A DNA stretch of 64,000 bases from Deltaproteobacteria bacterium (GTDB lineage Bacteria; Myxococcota; Kuafuiibacteriia; Kuafuiibacteriales; Kuafuiibacteriaceae): positions 96,001 through 160,000 of the forward strand of contig JAVJQW010000008.1 in assembly GCA_040218735.1 (NCBI GenBank), given 5' to 3'. Within the stretch, counting starts at the first letter, position 1; each line of letters starts with the position of its first letter. Below the pieces are notes generated by a model. That model worked only from the letters and a program-made list of their open reading frames with translations, made no database searches and was not told where the DNA came from. This document shows, in pieces, positions 57,722 through 64,000 of this stretch. A program made the translations under genes and the position numbers.

Positions 57722-60157
57722 TCACCGGAAGACGCGGCGGGTGCTGGCGCCCGGATCGAGCTCGACCTCGGCGCGTTCGACGCGGCCATCGCCGAGGTCG
57801 ACGGCGACGACGACTTTGCGGCACGCGGGGACGTGGACGCGCGCAGGGGTTCGACTGACGCGCCGGCCGTCCACTTCGATCGGTCGGTCGGTCGGTGACG
57901 ACGCGATCGCGATCGTCGCGCGGTCCGAGGGGCGGCAGACGACGAGGCGCACTGCACGCGAACGACCACCTCGGACCACGAACGAGCGTCGCGCCCGCCG
58001 GGTCCCCTCCGGGCGCGCCTCGACGACGTGGCGACCCTCCGCGACGCGCGTCCGGAGCGGGCTGAGTCCCGCGAGCGCGCCGTCCAGGTAGATCGGCGTC
58101 TTCGTCGCGCGGCCCTCGTGGTCCTGCGTGTGGATCTCCACGGCGGTCAGCGACGGGGGCGCGACGTCCGCGGCCCCCGCGCCGGCGTCGGGCGCGTTCG
58201 TGGCGAGGCGCGGTGGTTTCTCCGAGCTCGATCGCGCGCTGTCGCGGTTCGAGGAGGGCGGCGGTGCTTCGCGTGGGACGATCGCGCCGGACGAGCGCGC
58301 GCCGTTCGCGGGCGCGCCGTTCGCGGGCGCGCGGGCTGTCGCCCCGCCGTTCGAGGCTCCGCCGCTCGCGGGCGCGCCCGTCGGTGCGCCGCCGTTCGCG
58401 GTTACGCCGTTCGACGCGCGGCCGCTCGGTGCTCCGCCGTTGGAGGCTCCGCCGCTCGCGCGAGCACCGTTCGCGGGCGCGCGGGCCGTCGCCCCGCCGT
58501 TCGAGGCTCCGCCGCTCGCGCGAGCACCTTTCGCGGTCGCGCCGTTCGCGGTCTCGCCCTTCGCGCGCGCGCGGGCCGACGCCCCGCCGTTCGCGGTTGC
58601 GCCGTTCGACGCTCCGCCGGTTGGTGCTCCGCGGTTCGGCGCTCCGCCGTTCGCACGTGCACCGTTCGCGGTTGCGCGGTTCGATTCTCCGCCGTTCGCG
58701 GTAGCGCCCGTCGGTGCTCCGCCGTTCGCGGTTGCGCCGTCCGACGCGCCTCGCGCCGACGCTCCGCCGTTCGCGGCTGCGCCGTCCGACGCGCCTCCCG
58801 TCGACGCTCCGCCGTTCGCGGCGCCGACCGCCGTCGCTCCGCCGTTCGCGGCTGCGCCATTCCACGCGCCTCCCGCCAACGCTCCGCCGTTCGCGGCCGC
58901 GCCGTCCGAGGCTCCGCCGATCTCTGCGCCGCGGATCGCCGCCACGGCGTTCGAGCCCATGGGCGACGGCTCCGCCGCGCGCCTCTCTGCAGACGTCCCC
59001 GACCGCGGGACGACGACGGGCTGCGCCTCCACGCGGCTGACACTCGCCGCGGCCACGGGCGCTTCGCCCGACGATCGCGGGGCGGCCTGCATGGCAACGA
59101 TCGCGATCGCCGCCGCCATCGCGACGGCGCCCCACAGCCACCAGCGGCGCCTCGGCGGTTCGGCCGGGGTGGCTTCGATCTTCGTGTCCACGGGCGCGGC
59201 GATCGCGATCGGAACCGTCGGCGGGGCTTCCGGTTCCAGCTCGTGGACATCCGTCGAGTGCGCCACGAGGGGCAGCGCATCGATGGTGCCGCTCGGCGGC
59301 GCGGACAAGTCGAGCTCCGCGAGTCGCGCCTCGAGCTCGGCGGCGCTGGGCCGCGCCTCGGGGACGAACGCCAGGCAGTCCTCGATCAGCGCTTCGAGCC
59401 CGTCGATCGAGCGGACGTCGCCGAGCTCGAGCGGCGGTCGCAGCCCGAGTGACTTGTTGTGCATGATCGCGATCGCGGTGCCTTCGTACAGGCGCCGCCC
59501 CGTGCACATCTCGTGGAGCAACAGACCGAGCGCGTACACGTCCGACGCCGCGGTCACGCCGTCGTTGGTCACCTGCTCGGGCGCCATGTAGCGCGGCGTC
59601 CCGAGGAAGACGCCCGTCGCGGTGAGCGAGGCTTCGTCATCGAGGTGGTGTTCGAGCTTCGCGATACCGAAGTCGAGGAGCTTCAGGGTGCGGCCGTCCG
59701 GGAGGACGAAGACGTTCGACGGCTTGAGGTCGCGATGGGTCACGCCGGCTTCGTGCAGCACGACGAGCGCGTGTGCGATCTGCGTCGTGAAGTCGACGGC
59801 GCGTTCGATGGTGATCGGCCCCTCGGCGAGGAACCGGTCGAGCCCCTTGCCGTCGAGGAGCTCCATCACGAGCGCGACGCACGGCGGATCGTCCGACTCG
59901 ATGAAGTCGAAGACGTCGACGAACGACGGGTGTCGGATCTGATTGACGATGCGCGCCTCGCGCATCATGCGCGCGACCGCTTCGGGGTCCGCGGACTGTC
60001 CGGGGACGAGGATCTTGATCGCCGCGGTGCGCCCCAGCCGAACGTGTGTCGCGCGGTAGACCGTGCCGACGCCGCCTCGACCGATCACGCCGTTGAGGCG
60101 AAAGCTGCCGAGGGTCGAGCCGATAGGTACGGGGAGTGTGCGTTTCTTCGGGGGCAC
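57722..60157 (-). CDS. Ser/Thr protein kinase with a TM segment, a low-complexity repeat stalk and C-terminal PEGA domains
   Basis: GRGGVG, AAIK, HRDLKPSN, DFG, GTPRYMAPEQ, TM, IYLDGALAGLSPL and IEVDGRRVSRTP (PEGA-like). Confidence 0.93.
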   Translation of the reverse strand: MPPKKRTLPVPIGSTLGSFRLNGVIGRGGVGTVYRATHVRLGRTAAIKILVPGQSADPEAVARMMREARIVNQIRHPSFVDVFDFIESDDPPCVALVMELLDGKGLDRFLAEGPITIERAVDFTTQIAHALVVLHEAGVTHRDLKPSNVFVLPDGRTLKLLDFGIAKLEHHLDDEASLTATGVFLGTPRYMAPEQVTNDGVTAASDVYALGLLLHEMCTGRRLYEGTAIAIMHNKSLGLRPPLELGDVRSIDGLEALIEDCLAFVPEARPSAAELEARLAELDLSAPPSGTIDALPLVAHSTDVHELEPEAPPTVPIAIAAPVDTKIEATPAEPPRRRWWLWGAVAMAAAIAIVAMQAAPRSSGEAPVAAASVSRVEAQPVVVPRSGTSAERRAAEPSPMGSNAVAAIRGAEIGGASDGAAANGGALAGGAWNGAAANGGATAVGAANGGASTGGASDGAAANGGASARGASDGATANGGAPTGATANGGESNRATANGARANGGAPNRGAPTGGASNGATANGGASARARAKGETANGATAKGARASGGASNGGATARAPANGARASGGASNGGAPSGRASNGVTANGGAPTGAPASGGASNGGATARAPANGAPANGARSSGAIVPREAPPPSSNRDSARSSSEKPPRLATNAPDAGAGAADVAPPSLTAVEIHTQDHEGRATKTPIYLDGALAGLSPLRTRVAEGRHVVEARPEGTRRARRSFVVRGGRSRAVRLVVCRPSDRATIAIASSPTDRPIEVDGRRVSRTPARVHVPACRKVVVAVDLGDGRVERAEVELDPGASTRRVFR
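58290..58920 (-). repeat. 15/30-nt degenerate tandem repeats encoding ANGGA-type units
   Basis: Recurrent CTCCGCCGTTCGCG on the + strand, translating as (A/T)ANGGA(S/P)xG over about 200 aa. Confidence 0.85.
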
Positions 60158-60221
60158 GGGCCTGACGGCGCCGAGTATACAGTTTCCGCGCGCGGGGGGA
60201 GCTAGCCCGGACGATCGGAGC

Positions 60222-60524
60222 TCACGGACCGACGAGGTCGAGCAGGGCGCGAATCGTGACGTTGCTCTCGAGGTGGTGACGGAGCTTCTTCTTGTCCCGG
60301 ATGCGGTACGTGTTGCGGCGCCCGTCCTTCTTGACGGTCACGTAGCCCTCCTGCGCGAGTTCGGCGACGATGCGCTGAGCGGCGCGCTCCGTGATGCCGA
60401 CGTGCGTCGCCACGTCACGAAGACGCATCGAAGGGTCCTGCGCCAGGCAGAAGAGCACGTGGGCGTGGTTGGTGAGGAACGTCCAACCCTCCGTATGGGT
60501 CGGTGCTGCCGGTAGCTGAATCAT
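60222..60524 (-). CDS. Small winged-helix (MarR/AsnC-like) transcriptional regulator
   Basis: WTFLTNHAHVL...RLRDVATHVGITERAAQRIVAEL...KDGRRNTY, with a GAAGGG SD-like sequence upstream. Confidence 0.88.
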   Translation of the reverse strand: MIQLPAAPTHTEGWTFLTNHAHVLFCLAQDPSMRLRDVATHVGITERAAQRIVAELAQEGYVTVKKDGRRNTYRIRDKKKLRHHLESNVTIRALLDLVGP

Positions 60525-60546
60525 CGAAATCCCCTTCGTGCTCGTT

Positions 60547-61929
60547 TCACAGCGCCGCGGTGACGGCGCGATAACGTGCGGCCGCGCGATGGCTGGTGAC
60601 CAGCGCGTCCACGAGGTCCTTGGCGGCCTTCGCCGTGGCTTCTTCTCGCAGGTTGACTTGCAGGATGCTGGAGTCGCCCAGCTCGAAGCGTCGTCGCTCG
60701 GCGACCTCCACCTGCCTCGTGAGCTCCAGCGTCTTGCGGGAGAGCGTCGCTCGCGTTCGCGCGGTCGACAGCTCGGACCAGGCGTCGTTGACCTCCATCT
60801 TCACGACGTCCTGCAAGAAACCTTGCTTCGCGCGGACGGCGCGCAGCTTCGCCGACACGGATTGGATCTTGCCGCGTGCCTTGCGCTGTTGGGCGGGCCA
60901 CTTGAACGCCAACGACAGCCCGAGCGTCGTGTCGTTCTTCGTGGTCTCGTTCGGGTCGGGCCCGTAGGGGCGCTCGACGCCGAAGTCCTTCGAGCCCTCG
61001 ACCTTCAGATCCACGTTCGGTGCGCGCATGTTCTCCGCGAGCTCCAGCTCCGTTCGGAGCCGCTTCATGATCCCCGCGTACTGCGCGAGATCCGGGCGTC
61101 GCGCCAACGCCGAGCGTATGTCCTCATCCCGCACCGGCGGGACGGGTCGAGGCCCATCGAGCGCTCCGGGCGCGCGCGCGTAGGTCGGGACGTCGGGGCG
61201 CCCGTCGTCGTCGCGTTGAAACAAGGACAGCGCGAAGGCGCTCGCCTGCACGGCGCGGCGCGCCTCGACGACACCTTGTTGTCGCGAAACGATCAGCCGC
61301 TCGTTGTCGACGAGCTCGATTCTGGGGATGTCGCCACGCGCCACCCGCCGCTCGATGCCGGTCACACGTTGCTGCGCGAGCTCGAGGAGCGACTCCGCGA
61401 TGCGGAGCTTCTCGTGCGACGCGACCCACTTGAAGTACAGCTCCGCCGCCTTGAGCTTGGTCATTCGGAGCTTCTCGTTCGCCGCGAGCTTCGCGACCTC
61501 GACGCCGACCTCGGCCTGCCACATCTCGGCGCGTCGTGCGTCGATCGGACCGTCGCGCCAGAGGGGGACGATGATGCCCGCGGCGATTTCGCCGCTGTCG
61601 CTCGTGAGCTTCTGTGCGTCGTAGATCGGGTGGTCCTCGCCGTACCGGTAGCCGGCGTACAGCTCCGTGCCCCAGAGCGTCGTCGGTTGGCGGACGCCGA
61701 CCTCCGAAGCGATCCCTTCGTAGTACCCGGCCGCGTAGCCGCCCGCCTTGCCGTGCAGGTAGACGTCGAAGCCGCCCTCCGCCGAGAGCAACGCACCGCG
61801 CGCGACGTCGATCTCGGTGTTCGCCGCGACGACGAGGGGGTGATGGAGCTCGACGGACTTCAACACCTCGTCGAGCGTGAGCGGAGGTCCGACGGCGAGT
61901 GTGGCCGTGACGGCGAGCGCGACGCTCAC
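60547..61929 (-). CDS. TolC-family outer-membrane efflux protein
   Basis: GTG 61929 (GTGA coupling), LTLDEVLKSVELHHP, ALARRPDL, AERRRFELGDSSILQVNLRE. Confidence 0.9.
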   Translation of the reverse strand: MSVALAVTATLAVGPPLTLDEVLKSVELHHPLVVAANTEIDVARGALLSAEGGFDVYLHGKAGGYAAGYYEGIASEVGVRQPTTLWGTELYAGYRYGEDHPIYDAQKLTSDSGEIAAGIIVPLWRDGPIDARRAEMWQAEVGVEVAKLAANEKLRMTKLKAAELYFKWVASHEKLRIAESLLELAQQRVTGIERRVARGDIPRIELVDNERLIVSRQQGVVEARRAVQASAFALSLFQRDDDGRPDVPTYARAPGALDGPRPVPPVRDEDIRSALARRPDLAQYAGIMKRLRTELELAENMRAPNVDLKVEGSKDFGVERPYGPDPNETTKNDTTLGLSLAFKWPAQQRKARGKIQSVSAKLRAVRAKQGFLQDVVKMEVNDAWSELSTARTRATLSRKTLELTRQVEVAERRRFELGDSSILQVNLREEATAKAAKDLVDALVTSHRAAARYRAVTAAL

Positions 61930-63218
61930 TTCTTCTCCCCCACCACTTCGTCGTCGGCCGCGGCGACGGGCGCGGCCGTCGCCGGGAAGCCGTTGGCGCG
62001 ACGCCAGAGCTCGTACCCGAGTCGGACCTCGTCGAGCAGCACCCACGCCTTCGACTTCACGCCCTGCCGTAGGTACCGCCCGCTCGGCCAGGGCTCGCCC
62101 TCCGGGTCCGGCACCACCAGCGCCCGGAACTGCCCGCCGCGCCGGCTCTGTGCATCGACGACCGACACGATCCCCCCGAACGTTCCGACGGCGACCGAAG
62201 GCCACCCGGCGAACTGAACGGCGGGCCAACCCTCGAACTGGAGGCGGACCTTGCGATTCTCCTGCACCAGCGGAACGTCGTTCCCGTCCACCCAGATCTC
62301 GACCGCGACCGCGCTCGTCTCCGGGACGATCGTCGCGAGCGGGTCACTCTCCTTTACGATCTCGGCGCCGAGCCCCGCTTCGAGGCGAAGGACGACGCCG
62401 TCCGTCGGCGCGGTGACGAGCCGGGACTCTTGCCGTGCAAGCTGAACGTCGATCTTGGTGAGCTCCGCCGAGGCCTTCGCCGCTTCGGCCGCCGCCTTCT
62501 TCGCAGAGCCGTCGGCCGACGCGACCTTCGCGAGGAACTCCGACTCCTTCACCATACGTTCCGCGCGGCTCGCGATCAGCGCCGCGCGCGACTCCTGCAG
62601 CGCGGCCTCCGCTGCACCGACCCCCGTCTCCGCCTTGGTGACCGCGAGCTCCGCGAGCTCGCCGTCGCGTCGGGACGCCAGACCCTCGTCGACGAGCTTC
62701 GACTTACGGGTGAGGTTGAGGCGCGCCGCCTTCAGGCTTCCACGCTCGGCTTCGAGCTTCGTCTTCGCGGCGTCGACCTTCCGCGCCGCGACGTCGATCT
62801 TCCGCTCCGCGGCTTCGACGGCCATCACGCGGGCCTTGTCGTACGCATCGACCTGCCGATCGTACGCGGCGGCCTGCGCTTCCGCTGCGCCACGCCGCGC
62901 CTCGATCGCCGCGCGCTGTTGCTGAAGACGACCGACATAGTTCGGGTCGACATCGGTCAGCTCGACGATCGGGTCGCCGGTCTTGACGACGGAGCCTTCG
63001 ACGACGTGCCACTTCTTGACGCGGCCCTTGATCGGCGCGTCGACGACTTGTGCGCGGTCCGTCGGCGAGAGCGCTACGACCCGACCGACGCCGCTCGCCG
63101 TCTGCTGCCACGGCGCGAGGAGCAGCGCGGCGAAGAGGAAGATCATCGCGATCGCGACGGCCTGGGCCGGGCGGCGGATGCGCGGTGCGGACTGGACGGT
63201 GGCGAGGACGGCGCTCAT
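61926..63218 (-). CDS. HlyD-family periplasmic adaptor (type I secretion)
   Basis: TM, PWQQTASGVGRV, lipoyl-like APIKGRVKKWHVVEGSVVKTGD, long coiled coil, KVRLQFEGWPAVQF. Confidence 0.92.
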   Translation of the reverse strand: MSAVLATVQSAPRIRRPAQAVAIAMIFLFAALLLAPWQQTASGVGRVVALSPTDRAQVVDAPIKGRVKKWHVVEGSVVKTGDPIVELTDVDPNYVGRLQQQRAAIEARRGAAEAQAAAYDRQVDAYDKARVMAVEAAERKIDVAARKVDAAKTKLEAERGSLKAARLNLTRKSKLVDEGLASRRDGELAELAVTKAETGVGAAEAALQESRAALIASRAERMVKESEFLAKVASADGSAKKAAAEAAKASAELTKIDVQLARQESRLVTAPTDGVVLRLEAGLGAEIVKESDPLATIVPETSAVAVEIWVDGNDVPLVQENRKVRLQFEGWPAVQFAGWPSVAVGTFGGIVSVVDAQSRRGGQFRALVVPDPEGEPWPSGRYLRQGVKSKAWVLLDEVRLGYELWRRANGFPATAAPVAAADDEVVGEKK

Positions 63219-64000
63219 GCGGCCTCCGCGGAGGCGCCGAGACGAACGCTCCGATCGAAGAGTCGTGCGATGGATTCGCGCTCGGTGAGGCACACGATCG
63301 TCGTGTCCTCGAGCGCGAACAGCGCTTGAACGAGTGTGCCGGCCTTGGTCTCGTCGAGCTCTTCGAACACGTGGTCGAGCACCAGCACTCGGCTCGGCCT
63401 CAGCAGCGCTCGCGCGACGAGGAGGCGCGTACGTTGCTCGGGGCTCAGCCCAGCCCCCTGGGGCCCGATGGGGCGCTCGATGTCACGAGCGAGATCGTGT
63501 GCGCCGGCCGCTTCGAGCGTCTCCCGTGCGGCCTCGTGGGTGACGTTGGCGTCCGCGACCGCGAGGTTGTCGAGCAGGTCGCCCTCGAAGATGCCGTCGT
63601 GACACAACACGACGATCTGCTCTCGGATGCCGGCCGGGTCGAGGTCGATGCACCGTACGCCGCCGACGATCACGCCGTCGGACAGCCCGATGAGTCGGGA
63701 CGGCGCGCCGAAGATCGCGACGCGCTCGTTGGGCGTGGCCTCGAACGCGCCTTCCAGCCCGAAGCTGAGCGCGTTGCCCTTGCGGACACGTTCACCTTCG
63801 TCATGGCGCAGCGGGAGGTCAACGATCTCGCCGAGCTTCCCGACCGCCGCGACGAGGTCGTAGACCTTGCCGAACAACTTTCCGATCTTCGCGAGCGACC
63901 CGACCGTCACGGACATGACGACCTCCGCTGCCACGAGCTGGCCGAGGCTGAGCTGCCCGCCGATGACGAGCGCACCACCGAGCGCGAGCAACCCGACGCT
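63215..64000 (-). CDS. ABC transporter (type I secretion-type TMD plus degenerate NBD), 5'-truncated by the window edge
   Basis: GGALVIGGQLSLGQLVAAE (TMD end), IFEGDLLDNL, GAGLSPEQR, VLVLDH. No recognisable Walker A. Confidence 0.85.
   Translation of the reverse strand, partial: SVGLLALGGALVIGGQLSLGQLVAAEVVMSVTVGSLAKIGKLFGKVYDLVAAVGKLGEIVDLPLRHDEGERVRKGNALSFGLEGAFEATPNERVAIFGAPSRLIGLSDGVIVGGVRCIDLDPAGIREQIVVLCHDGIFEGDLLDNLAVADANVTHEAARETLEAAGAHDLARDIERPIGPQGAGLSPEQRTRLLVARALLRPSRVLVLDHVFEELDETKAGTLVQALFALEDTTIVCLTERESIARLFDRSVRLGASAEAA

Noticed and set aside
58290-58920. Regular short repeats that could resemble a CRISPR array (also 40876-41100 and the collagen tract)
   Set aside because: Units are multiples of 3, lie in frame within proteins, have no unique spacers, and no cas genes are present.

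Overview
A 64-kb, very GC-rich, densely coding bacterial window. The gene mix points to a Myxococcota-like deltaproteobacterium; this is inferred from three Hanks Ser/Thr kinases, a pseudokinase, an FHA-sigma54 activator, PEGA domains and many lipoproteins with DAG/DGG linkers. It holds about 50 CDS. I recognised no rRNA, tRNA, CRISPR array, transposase or phage gene. In order: the tail of a cytochrome c/copper cluster, an MMPL exporter, a pilin, an orphan Dam-like methylase, a long collagen fibre, an Ig-repeat lipoprotein, a VOC-ArsR operon, a lipase-fadL-lipase operon, cyaY, a PilZ protein, an Ntn-acylase, signalling kinases, an L,D-transpeptidase, a LysR/SDR pair and the end of a type I secretion operon. 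Strongest candidates for something new: (1) a two-gene unit at 52167-53932, a stand-alone TyrRS-like catalytic domain lacking HIGH/KMSKS and translationally coupled to a PAPS sulfotransferase, suggesting tRNA-dependent synthesis of a sulfated product; (2) a lipoprotein at 45147-48458 with an anthrax protective-antigen-like core, an unusual insert at the pore hairpin tip and no adjacent A subunit; (3) a ~237-triplet collagen fibre with an N-terminal domain resembling predator adhesin fibres. All family assignments come from reading motifs by eye, not from database searches.
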